64,000 nt of DNA from an uncultured Verrucomicrobiota bacterium. Lineage in GTDB: Bacteria; Verrucomicrobiota; Verrucomicrobiia; Limisphaerales; UBA8199. The notes beneath the pieces are model-generated. The model made no database searches and was not told the origin of the DNA. It saw only the letters and a list, made by a program, of their open reading frames with translations. Both the position numbers and the translations under genes were made by a program. The stretch is from assembly GCA_964631605.1 (NCBI GenBank), contig CAZVYG010000010.1, positions 22,353-86,352 on the forward strand, read 5' to 3'. The first letter of the stretch is position 1, and every line of letters starts with the position of its first letter. Of this stretch, positions 18,660 to 27,734 are shown one piece after another.

Positions 18660-19561
18660 GGCACGGGGCCTTGGTGTATTTGGGCGCGTTCTTCGCGCTG
18701 GCGATGTCCTGGGCGGGGTTTGTGCTGACGCCACAGATGCAGGTGGGCCAGATGGTGGCGACCAATACCTTGTCGGCGGGGGCAAGGTACCCCGTGGCGC
18801 GGCCAGGCCTCGCCCAGCAAGGATTGCAGGTCTATCGGGCCAACGGGTGCGCGTATTGTCACAGCCAGCAGGTTTGGCAGCGGGGCACGGTCTTTGATGT
18901 GATGTTGACGGATGGGGGAACGAACCAGGCAGGCGTGGTGGCCGCCTTGCAGGCCGTGATGCCGCGGTTGTCAAGACCGGAGGCCTTGGGAATGCTCGAG
19001 GGCTTGCCCAAGGTGGTGGTGAAGGGAGTAAGCCGCGAGGAGGCTGAGAGCGCCATCAAGAAGTTGACAACCAGTGGAGCCAAGGCGGCGTTGTGGATTG
19101 AGCCGGTCGGGCCGGACATGGCGCGGGGCTGGGGCAGGCGACGGACGGTGCCGGAGGATTTCCTGTACGACTATCCCGTAATGCTCGGCGGCCAGCGGGT
19201 GGGACCGGATTTGGCGAATATCGGGGTGCGGCAGCCGGATGAAAGATGGCACTTGAGGCATTTGTACGCCCCGGGTTCGGTGGTCGCAGGTTCGGTGATG
19301 CCGGGGTATCCGTATCTGTTCGAAGAGCGGCGGGTCGTCGGAGAGGGCTCGCCGGACGCGCTGGCGATGAGCGGGCAACATGCGCCCGCGGCCGGATACG
19401 AGGTTGTCCCGAAGCCGGAGGCCAAGGCGCTGGCGGCGTATTTGGTCAGTTTGCGCGCGGAGGCGCCGTTGTTTACCGCGCCGTTGAGTCTTGCGGCCTC
19501 CGGGGCAGGGGGTGCGTCGGCCACCAACGGGGCGCCGGTTGCAGGAGGGGGGGCGCGATGA
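18656..19561 (+). CDS. cbb3-type oxidase subunit II (CcoO)-like monoheme cytochrome c with an inserted L7/L12-CTD-like domain
   Basis: N-terminal TM, GLQVYRANGCAYCHSQ, later GGQRVGPDLANIGVRQPDERWHLRHLYAPGSVVAGSVMPGYPYLF. About 70 extra residues lie between these conserved blocks. Confidence 0.8.
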   Translation: MRHGALVYLGAFFALAMSWAGFVLTPQMQVGQMVATNTLSAGARYPVARPGLAQQGLQVYRANGCAYCHSQQVWQRGTVFDVMLTDGGTNQAGVVAALQAVMPRLSRPEALGMLEGLPKVVVKGVSREEAESAIKKLTTSGAKAALWIEPVGPDMARGWGRRRTVPEDFLYDYPVMLGGQRVGPDLANIGVRQPDERWHLRHLYAPGSVVAGSVMPGYPYLFEERRVVGEGSPDALAMSGQHAPAAGYEVVPKPEAKALAAYLVSLRAEAPLFTAPLSLAASGAGGASATNGAPVAGGGAR

Positions 19562-20160
19562 AACCGGAGGTGCAAGTCGGGACGCAGAACGCGTCGGCCA
19601 ACCACGAGCTCTCGGGGGCGCGAGGGGCGGTGCCGATGTGGCTTTTTGTTTTGCTCTTCGTGGGGCTGTTCTGGGGCATGAATTATTTTGACCGGCATGG
19701 TGGATGGTTTGACGGGCGGGTGTACGCGCCCTATCGGTCGGTGGCGGAGTTGCAGATGTATCAGCCCCCGACCGGGGGCATTAATTTGGAGCGTGGCCGG
19801 GCGCTTTATGAAAGTGTGTGCGCCCTGTGTCATGGCGTGGATGGAAAGGGGAAGGCGGGGCAGGCGCCGCCGCTGACCGGGAGCGATTGGGTATTGGGGC
19901 CGGTGAATCGGCTGGTCCGGATTCCGCTGGCGGGATTGACCGGGCCGCTTGAGGTCAATGGCCAACAATGGAATCTGGCAATGCCGGCGATGGGAGCGGC
20001 GATGTCGGATGAGGATTTGGCGGCGGTGTTGAGTTACATGCGGGCTTCCTGGGGCAACAAGGGCACGGAGGTGACGCCCGAACAGGTCGGTGCGGTGCGC
20101 AAGGAAATCGGCAACCGGTCGCAGCCCTTTACGGCGGCGGAGTTGCTGACTGTGCAGTGA
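19558..20160 (+). CDS. membrane-anchored class I monoheme cytochrome c
   Basis: ATGA overlap with the upstream gene; TM VPMWLFVLLFVGLFWG; CALCH; Met ligand region NLAMPAMG. Confidence 0.8.
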   Translation: MKPEVQVGTQNASANHELSGARGAVPMWLFVLLFVGLFWGMNYFDRHGGWFDGRVYAPYRSVAELQMYQPPTGGINLERGRALYESVCALCHGVDGKGKAGQAPPLTGSDWVLGPVNRLVRIPLAGLTGPLEVNGQQWNLAMPAMGAAMSDEDLAAVLSYMRASWGNKGTEVTPEQVGAVRKEIGNRSQPFTAAELLTVQ

Positions 20161-20446
20161 GCCTCGCGCTCTCTCGGCTTGAAACCGCCGGAGGCGGATG
20201 GGGAGGTGGGGCTTCAGCAACTCATTTCGCCACGTCGGCACACCCGAAAAGTTTGGCCCCTTTTTTCATGGGAACCCCGCTGGCCTCTCTGGGAGTCGCG
20301 GCGCTGCCGTACAATCCTCTAATGTCTGCTCTCACCACCCATGCTGATTCCCGCCTTGCGCACTGAACGTGGATGCTTCCCAGGCCGTGACCTGATGGAC
20401 GGGGTGCGTTCTAAGCAACACAGAGGGCATCCACAGAATCCAACAC

Positions 20447-20470
20447 TGGGACCGTGGGACCCGTGGGACC
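20447..20470. repeat. three TGGGACC copies (starts at 20447, 20455, 20464)
   Basis: Read directly: cTGGGACCgTGGGACCcgTGGGACCc, in the 547-bp intergenic region between the respiratory operon and the next gene. Confidence 0.7.
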
Positions 20471-20707
20471 CTTCAAAAATTAGCGCCTTGACGTGGGGGC
20501 ATAATGATCTTATTCACGCGCTGATCTTTGGCCACTATTTAGGCAGGGTGCTATGGCGTTTGAAACCGTTACAAGCCGGTCCAACTCTCTCCGTGCTGCG
20601 GCAGAGGCGGGCGGTGGTCTGGCCGGCTGCACTGTATCTCTGAGCCAGCCACCCTTTGCCAGAAAAGTTCCAAGGCTCTCGGTGAACGCCACACTATCGC
20701 CAAAACC

Positions 20708-23329
20708 ATGAAAGCAAGACTGACCGTCACCCTCCTTTGGTTTGCACTCTTGCCGTGCCTGCTTGCGCAAACTACTGATGATTACGTAAAACAAGGACGA
20801 GCCTACCTCGCGGCGACAGACATCCTTGCTGCAGACCGTTGCTTCTCGAATGCCGTGGCGCAATCCCCAAATCACCAAGTGGCCAACGTCCTTTATGCAG
20901 TTACCCGATTGGCGACGTTGCCGTACAAGCAGCCCACTGGCGACTTCTTGAGCCGGCTGGGGTTTCCCCAGGCGGGCCGTAACATCTATAACTGGACCGC
21001 AGCTTTGTTGGTCGATGCCGATCAGGTGCCGTTGATGCCCACGGGAGTCAGTGCCAGCGAGTTTACCGCGGTTTTGCGCACGAATATCCTTCCTGTCGTC
21101 GTCGCGGCGGAGGCAAATCTTGCGACTGTGACGGATGCCGGTTTCACGCTGGCGCTGAAAGCCAGCGAAACCCGCACCGTGGATGTTGTTCTCGATTATG
21201 GTGATATCCAAATGGCGCGCGCATTACTCCGGGCTGCAGAGTACTGCATCTACAATGCCTATTCTTGGAATATCGAGGCGGAGTTGACAGCAATCCGGGC
21301 GATGTTTGACCTGGACCAACCGACAACGCTCGAAGAGGTGTTTATCGCCTATCCCGAACTTCTGACCTTCGCGACGACCAACGACTTGAACGCCGCAAAA
21401 ATGTCGTTCCAGAAGTGCGTGGACCATTACCTGGCTGCGTCGCTCTTCATTCGCAGCAACCGTCCTCCCGCCGCCGTGCGGCTCTTTAACCTCGATCCTG
21501 ACAGGACAGCCGACGAAGAGAAATTTCGGTGGACTCTGGCACAACTGAAGGATTCCCTGTCGCGGGCGGTTACGCTGAGGGTGGAAACTAATTACACCGT
21601 CTTCGCGGGGGCGTTGTTTAGCGACCCCAAATCACCGCGGCTCTTTCTTCCATGCATACGCGGCAATAGCTTTGGCCTGGGCACCTTGCCGGACCAAACT
21701 TTCGGAGGCACAATTCAGGGGCTTTCCAACCTGACAGTGGATCAGTTTCTTGCCCGGTATATTGAACCCATGCCCACCCTTGGTGCAGGGTCCCGCAAAC
21801 CTGGAGGTCGGTTCGAGTTTCTACTAAACCTCGCAGAGGGCCGGGGTTATGTAGTCCAGATTTCGACCAACCTCCTTGATTGGACCGATTACCTTGCTTT
21901 CTTTGCGAGCGACTGGTTCTACAACTTTGCCGACCCCGCTGCGGCCCTTAATTCGCGGTGCTTTTATCGAGTTGTGGACCGTACAACTAATATGCCACCG
22001 CCCCCCAACGACAATTTCAGCGGCCGCCTTGCCATCCCCGGATTGGACTCGCCGGTAAATGGTTATAACGTGAGTGCGACGCTGGGGCCTGGAGAATCGG
22101 ATTGGACTGAAGGCTTCGGCAAAACAATTTGGTGGAGCTGGACCTCAACTGTATCTGGGGAAGTCGCGGTCGTAGCTCCGCCCCGTAAATTTGTCGCCGT
22201 GTTTACCGGCAGCACTCTCCATGGCTTAACACAGCTCGCCCGCGGCTGGACCCAGGTGAATTTCGTTGCCCAAGCCGGTACAACATATCAGTTCCTATTG
22301 GACAGTGTATGGTACGACACTGAACCAACGATGCGCCTGGTGGTCACTCGGCCACCAACACTGGTCATTACCGCTCCCACAAATAATGCTGAGTACTATT
22401 CCCCAGCCACTGTCATGATCGCAGGCCTGGCATGGGACCCAAGCGGCCAAGTACCGGAAGTCATTGCCGAGGGCTTTATTGGGGGCGCGATCCTCTATGA
22501 GACCAACGCCAACAACTTCAGTTTTCTGCTTACTAACGTGCCGCCAGGCAATTACTCCCTCACTCTTTCTGCGATAAACAGTTCAGGTGCTCAAACCCAG
22601 GAAGAGCGCTCTTTTCGTGTAACTCCGCCCAACAACATGTTTTCCAACGCCATTCCCATCGTGGGCTCTCCATTGCTCGTCGTGGGTTCCAACCGCAACG
22701 CGAACCGGGAAGATGCCGAGCCGCAGCACGGCTATTGGTACGATGCCGCTTCTGTCTGGTGGGCTTGGACGCCGACCAACAGCGGTCCCGTGACAATTGC
22801 CTGCGCGTTCGGGAATGGATATACTCCAAGCCTTGGCGTTTACACGGGCCACACCCTTTCCACTCTGACACGCGTGACCAACAGTGTGCGGTCCAACACG
22901 GTCGCCTTGGCGCAGTTCACGGCGACCGCCGGAATGACTTATAAAATCGCTGTTGATTCTGAAAGCTATGAGGAAGGAGACATCTACTTGGGTATTAACT
23001 TCTCCCCTGTTCCGCCACTGCCTGCCATCCCACTTGCATTTGGGGTTCCCGCCAACAACCTCACCGGTTCATTTGACAGCGAAACGCTTTACAGGATAGA
23101 CGTCCCCGACGGGCTTGCCTCCTTGCGAATTAGCATCGCCGGCGGCACGGGTGACTGCGACCTATACGTGCGCTACGGGTTGCGGCCCAGTTTGACGGAT
23201 TATGATTTTGCCCCGTACTTGGATGGGAACGACGAGACAGTGACCATCACAACCCCGGCACCAGGGTATTGGTATATTCTGCTTTACGGGTTTGGCTCTT
23301 ACTCGGGGGTTTCCCTGCTGGCACAGTGA
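20708..23329 (+). CDS. large secreted protein: signal peptide, FYRV-motif domain, two repeats of an N-x-N-F...WW-x-WT domain, C-terminal pre-peptidase (PPC)-like domain
   Basis: Signal MKARLTVTLLWFALLPCLLAQ. Internal duplication (PPNDNFSG...TIWWSWTSTVSG...TYQFLLDS vs PPNNMFSN...SVWWAWTPTNSG...TYKIAVDS). C-terminus GTGDCDLYVRYG...GYWYILLYGF. Confidence 0.75.
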   Translation: MKARLTVTLLWFALLPCLLAQTTDDYVKQGRAYLAATDILAADRCFSNAVAQSPNHQVANVLYAVTRLATLPYKQPTGDFLSRLGFPQAGRNIYNWTAALLVDADQVPLMPTGVSASEFTAVLRTNILPVVVAAEANLATVTDAGFTLALKASETRTVDVVLDYGDIQMARALLRAAEYCIYNAYSWNIEAELTAIRAMFDLDQPTTLEEVFIAYPELLTFATTNDLNAAKMSFQKCVDHYLAASLFIRSNRPPAAVRLFNLDPDRTADEEKFRWTLAQLKDSLSRAVTLRVETNYTVFAGALFSDPKSPRLFLPCIRGNSFGLGTLPDQTFGGTIQGLSNLTVDQFLARYIEPMPTLGAGSRKPGGRFEFLLNLAEGRGYVVQISTNLLDWTDYLAFFASDWFYNFADPAAALNSRCFYRVVDRTTNMPPPPNDNFSGRLAIPGLDSPVNGYNVSATLGPGESDWTEGFGKTIWWSWTSTVSGEVAVVAPPRKFVAVFTGSTLHGLTQLARGWTQVNFVAQAGTTYQFLLDSVWYDTEPTMRLVVTRPPTLVITAPTNNAEYYSPATVMIAGLAWDPSGQVPEVIAEGFIGGAILYETNANNFSFLLTNVPPGNYSLTLSAINSSGAQTQEERSFRVTPPNNMFSNAIPIVGSPLLVVGSNRNANREDAEPQHGYWYDAASVWWAWTPTNSGPVTIACAFGNGYTPSLGVYTGHTLSTLTRVTNSVRSNTVALAQFTATAGMTYKIAVDSESYEEGDIYLGINFSPVPPLPAIPLAFGVPANNLTGSFDSETLYRIDVPDGLASLRISIAGGTGDCDLYVRYGLRPSLTDYDFAPYLDGNDETVTITTPAPGYWYILLYGFGSYSGVSLLAQ

Positions 23330-23738
23330 AGCTCCAGCAGCCGTGAAGGAAACTGGACCAAGCAATAGGAACCGGAATTCGAATCAAGCTTCGGCGCAGC
23401 CGCCCCGTTGCTGACGCCTCCCAGCGTTAGGTGCCCTCCGACACAGATATGTAACGCTTGCGTTCATACGCGCCGATGCGGCGCGTCGCTTGGTAGGGCG
23501 TGTGGATGGTAATGCACCGCTGTGGCCAACGGTCTTACACATACAACGCTGCCGGCGGGCCTAAAACCCCAAGGCCTTCGCCCGGGGCACCCCGTAAAAT
23601 CTCCCCTATTTCATGTTCCCCTCCGCAAAAAATGTATAGCGGGAGTCATTATTCGGGGCTATTTTGCCGGCTTTGAGCACCCACGATGGGTCAGGGCCGG
23701 CAACGCCGTGGCTGGCGGCGCTGGCGACCCAAATCGAA

Positions 23739-24854
23739 ATGACAAAACCTGTTAATCCAGACGTGTCCGCCGCCGGCGAGGACACCAGCAGCTCGCGACC
23801 GAGTGATCCTGCCCAAGACAGCGGGCGGCTGACCAATCGGGAGCGGTTTCTGGCCGCGTGCCGTTGTCAGCGGCTGGATCGCCCGCCGGTGTGGCTGATG
23901 CGGCAGGCGGGGCGGGCCTTGCCGGAATACCGTGCCCTCAAGGGAAAACACACCTTTTTGGAGCTGGTGCAGACCCCGGAGTTGGCCGCGGAAGTGACTT
24001 TGCAGCCGATTCGGAGGTTTGATTTCGACGCGGCGATTCTGTTCAGCGACATCCTGGTCATTGCCGAAGGGCTGGGTCAGAAATACCAGTTTCGCGACCA
24101 GGGAGGGATCGAAATGGAGTTTCTGCTGCAGAGCCCAGCCGACATCGAGCGGCTCGAACCGGGGGCTGTGTGCGAGCGGCTGCAGTACGTGGCGCGGGCG
24201 TTAAAACTGATCAAGCGCGAACTCAAAGGGCGCACAGCCTTGATCGGCTTCGCGGGGTCGCCCTGGACGCTGGCGAATTTCATGATTCAGGGCGGGGGAG
24301 TGAAGGAATACACCAAAGCCAAGGCGCTTTTTTACTCTGACCCCGCCCTCTTCGGGCGGCTGATGGAGAAGTTGACGGTTGCCATCAGCGACTTTTTGCG
24401 GCTCCAAATTGACGCGGGGGCGGAAGCGGTCCAGATTTTTGATAGTCTCGGCGGGGTGTTGTCCGACGGCAGCTTCGGGCCCGCCTCGGCGACGTGGATG
24501 AAACGAATTGTGGAATCGCTAAAAAACCGGGTGCCGGTGATTGTTTTCAGCAAGGGCGCGCATGGCAATTGGGCTGAATTGGTGGAGACAGGGGCCCAGG
24601 TGCTGGGAGCGGATTGGACGGTGCGTCTGGCGGACCTCGCGCGGCGGCTGCCGGCCAAGGTCGGCCTGCAGGGGAACCTGGACCCGTTCGTGTTGACCAC
24701 CACTCCGGACGTGGTGGGCAGGGAAACGGCTCGCATTTTGCGCGAAATGAACGGGCGGCCCGGGCACATCTTCAATCTCGGACACGGCGTGACACCCGGG
24801 GCGAAGCTGGAAAACATCGAACGCCTGGTCGCGACCGTGCGCGAATACAAATGA
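23739..24854 (+). CDS. hemE: uroporphyrinogen decarboxylase
   Basis: Internal ATG at 23739. RPPVWLMRQAGRALPEYRAL, AILFSDILVIAEGLG. Confidence 0.9.
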   Translation: MTKPVNPDVSAAGEDTSSSRPSDPAQDSGRLTNRERFLAACRCQRLDRPPVWLMRQAGRALPEYRALKGKHTFLELVQTPELAAEVTLQPIRRFDFDAAILFSDILVIAEGLGQKYQFRDQGGIEMEFLLQSPADIERLEPGAVCERLQYVARALKLIKRELKGRTALIGFAGSPWTLANFMIQGGGVKEYTKAKALFYSDPALFGRLMEKLTVAISDFLRLQIDAGAEAVQIFDSLGGVLSDGSFGPASATWMKRIVESLKNRVPVIVFSKGAHGNWAELVETGAQVLGADWTVRLADLARRLPAKVGLQGNLDPFVLTTTPDVVGRETARILREMNGRPGHIFNLGHGVTPGAKLENIERLVATVREYK

Positions 24855-26227
24855 GCATGCTGACCGTTGATCTCGAGCTGGTGAAGAAATACAACGTGGC
24901 GGGGCCGCGTTATACCTCCTATCCTCCCGCCACAAAGTTCACCGAGGCGCTGAAATGGCCCGAGCTGGCCGAATTGCTGATCGAGAACAACCGGACGGAG
25001 CGCGACCTCTCCCTCTACTTCCACATCCCCTTTTGCGAGACCCTGTGCTGGTACTGCGGCTGCACCACCGTCATCACGCTCAACCACGCCCAGGGCGATG
25101 CCTACGTTCGTTACCTGGACAAGGAGATGGCGCAGATGAGCGCGCTGCTCAACCCGCGCCGCAAGGCGGTGCAACTCCATTGGGGCGGGGGATCACCGAC
25201 CTTTCTAACCGCGGACGAAATCCGGCGGCTGGGGGAGAGCATCCGGCGCCATTTTCCTTTTTCGGAGGATATTGAGGCGGGAGTGGAAGTGGACCCGCGG
25301 CGCCTCACGCGGGATCACATTGTGGCGTTGCGCGAAATCGGGTTCAACCGGGCCTCGCTGGGGGTCCAGGATTTTGACCCGACCGTCATGAAAGCGGTGC
25401 ACCGGGTTCAGCCGCGGGAGTTGACCGAGCAGGTGCTGGGCTGGGTGCGGGAGCTGGGTTTCAGCTCGGTGAATTTCGACCTGATTTACGGTTTGCCTTA
25501 CCAGACGGTCGAGTCTTTCAATCGCACGCTGGACGCGGTGATTGAGATGGGGCCGGACCGGCTGGCGGTCTTCAGCTACGCCCATGTGCCCTGGGTGAAA
25601 CCGGCGCAGCGAATTCTCGAGCAGAAGGTCCTGCCGACCGCCGAAGTCAAATTGCAGCTCCTCAAGACCGTGATCGAGCGTCTGACGGCGGACAACCGCT
25701 ACGTGTATATCGGCATGGATCATTTCGCACGGCCGACGGACGAACTGGCCGTGGCGCAGAGCCGGAAGCAACTGCAAAGAAATTTTCAGGGCTACAGCAC
25801 CCGCGGCGGGGCTGATATCTACGCTTTTGGCATGTCGTCCATTTCACAAATACCGGAAGCCTACTGGCAGAACGAGAAGGACCTGCCGAAGTATTATGCC
25901 GCGTTGGACGCCGGCCAGGTGCCCCTGGCGCGCGGGTACCTCGTCACCGAGGAGGACAAGATTCGGCGCGAGACCATCATGCGGGTGATGTGCGACTTGT
26001 CCCTGAACTATGCGGCGATGTCCCGGCGCCTGGGGATCAATTTCGCGGCGCATTTCCAGCGCGAGCTGGAATCCCTGGCCGGATTCGAGGCCGACGGTTT
26101 GGTGCGCCGCACGGCGGAGGGCATGGAAGTCACCGGCACCGGCCGCCTCTTCATTCGCAATATCGCCATGAGTTTTGACAACACCCTCGCACCCGTGGGC
26201 GAGCGGAAACATTCGCGCACGATTTGA
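24851..26227 (+). CDS. hemN: oxygen-independent coproporphyrinogen III oxidase (radical SAM)
   Basis: ATGA overlap with hemE. GPRYTSYPPA, LYFHIPFCETLCWYCGC (CxxxCxxC plus a fourth Cys). Confidence 0.9.
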   Translation: MSMLTVDLELVKKYNVAGPRYTSYPPATKFTEALKWPELAELLIENNRTERDLSLYFHIPFCETLCWYCGCTTVITLNHAQGDAYVRYLDKEMAQMSALLNPRRKAVQLHWGGGSPTFLTADEIRRLGESIRRHFPFSEDIEAGVEVDPRRLTRDHIVALREIGFNRASLGVQDFDPTVMKAVHRVQPRELTEQVLGWVRELGFSSVNFDLIYGLPYQTVESFNRTLDAVIEMGPDRLAVFSYAHVPWVKPAQRILEQKVLPTAEVKLQLLKTVIERLTADNRYVYIGMDHFARPTDELAVAQSRKQLQRNFQGYSTRGGADIYAFGMSSISQIPEAYWQNEKDLPKYYAALDAGQVPLARGYLVTEEDKIRRETIMRVMCDLSLNYAAMSRRLGINFAAHFQRELESLAGFEADGLVRRTAEGMEVTGTGRLFIRNIAMSFDNTLAPVGERKHSRTI

Positions 26228-26288
26228 CGACGGGCGGGACCCCCTGAACGATGCCGGGAAAGCAATCGAAACTGGCCGCGAAAACGTG

Positions 26289-27734
26289 ATGAACCCTGTG
26301 GCAATTATCGGCGCGGGAATTACAGGATTAACCGCGGCCTTTTATCTCCAGCGGAAGGGTATCCCGGTTACCGTTTATGAAGCCGGCCACCGGGTGGGGG
26401 GGGTGATCGAGTCCATTCGGCGGGATGGGTTTCTGGCGGAATTCGGGCCCAACACAATCCTCGAGACCTCGCCCCGCATCGCGGAGTTGATTCGGGATGC
26501 CGGATTGCAGGCCCGCCGGCTGGACCCGGACCCCAAAGCGGCCGCCCGCTACGTGGTTCGGTACCGCCGCCCGATTGCCATGCCCGGATCGCCGCTGGGC
26601 TTTTTCACCACGGAACTGTTCACTGCCAAGGCCAAGCTGGCGGTGCTCCGGGAACCTTTTGTTCCCCCACGGCGCGATGGCAAGGAGGAGACGGTGGCGG
26701 AGTTTGTGGTGCGTCGCCTCAACCAGGAGTTTTTGGACCACGCGATTGACGCGCTGGTGGCGGGGGTTTACGCGGGCGACCCTTACAAACTCTCGGTGCC
26801 GCAGGCCTTCCCCAAGCTCGGGCAGCTCGAGGCAAAGTACGGTTCGCTGATTCGCGGGCAGCTTTTCGGCGCGCGCGAGCGGAAGCGAAGGGGGGAGGTG
26901 GCCAAGGACCGCGCGCCCAAGTTTTCATTTGACGATGGATTGCAGGTGCTGCCGGAAACGCTGCGGGAGCGGCTGGGGCAGGCGGTTCGGCTTGACACGA
27001 AGGTGACCGGTGTGCGGCGGGTGGACGGAATGTGGGAACTGAACTTTGAAACGGGTCAACAGGCCGGCCGGGCCCGGCATCGGGCCGTGATTTACGCCGG
27101 CACCGCTCATGCCTTGGCCGAGTTGAAAATCGAGGCGGAGCCCCCTGTCAGCCTGAAGCCTTTTTCCGAAATCCGATATCCGCCGGTGGCCAGCGTGGTG
27201 TTGGGATTCCGGCGTGAGGACGTGACGCACCCCTGCGAGGGTTTTGGCATGCTGATACCGAAGGTTGAAGGCTTCCGGATTCTGGGGACCATTTTCTCCA
27301 GCTCCTTGTTTCCCAATCGGGCGCCGGCCGGGCACCTCACGCTGACCAGTTACGTGGGGGGCGAACGTTACCCGGAGCTGGCCTCATTACCGGCGGAGCG
27401 GTTAACGGAGATCACCTGCGAGGACTTGCGAATCCTGCTCGGGGTCCGCGGCCGCCCCGTGTTCGAACATACGGTTTACTACCCCCGGGCGATACCGCAG
27501 TATGTCGTGGGCTACGGCCGTTACCGGGACCTGATGAGTAGGATTGAAGAGGAGGCGCCCGGTTTGTTTTTTGCGGGTCACTACCGCGACGGGATTTCGT
27601 TAAGCGATTCAATCGTTTCGGGCTGCAAGGCGGCCGACCGCGTCGCGGCTTGGGTCGCGCAGGCGCCGTCCAATCCGGCCGGGGCGGATGCGGCTGGCGC
27701 ATCCGGCACGCTCGCCAAAGAACAATCCAGATGA
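26289..27734 (+). CDS. hemY: protoporphyrinogen/coproporphyrinogen oxidase, FAD-dependent (HemY type)
   Basis: ATG at 26289. VAIIGAGITGLTAAFYLQRKG dinucleotide fold, HRVGGVI, C-terminal FFAGHYRDGISL. Confidence 0.85.
   Translation: MNPVAIIGAGITGLTAAFYLQRKGIPVTVYEAGHRVGGVIESIRRDGFLAEFGPNTILETSPRIAELIRDAGLQARRLDPDPKAAARYVVRYRRPIAMPGSPLGFFTTELFTAKAKLAVLREPFVPPRRDGKEETVAEFVVRRLNQEFLDHAIDALVAGVYAGDPYKLSVPQAFPKLGQLEAKYGSLIRGQLFGARERKRRGEVAKDRAPKFSFDDGLQVLPETLRERLGQAVRLDTKVTGVRRVDGMWELNFETGQQAGRARHRAVIYAGTAHALAELKIEAEPPVSLKPFSEIRYPPVASVVLGFRREDVTHPCEGFGMLIPKVEGFRILGTIFSSSLFPNRAPAGHLTLTSYVGGERYPELASLPAERLTEITCEDLRILLGVRGRPVFEHTVYYPRAIPQYVVGYGRYRDLMSRIEEEAPGLFFAGHYRDGISLSDSIVSGCKAADRVAAWVAQAPSNPAGADAAGASGTLAKEQSR

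Noticed and set aside
23330-23738. The 409-bp gap upstream of hemE as a riboswitch or small-RNA locus. It contains the hairpin ACGCGCC-GATGC-GGCGCGT at 23468-23486.
   Set aside because: I could recognise no known riboswitch core (B12 box, TPP, SAM and others). The hairpin has no U-tract. Without covariance-model scans nothing specific can be supported.
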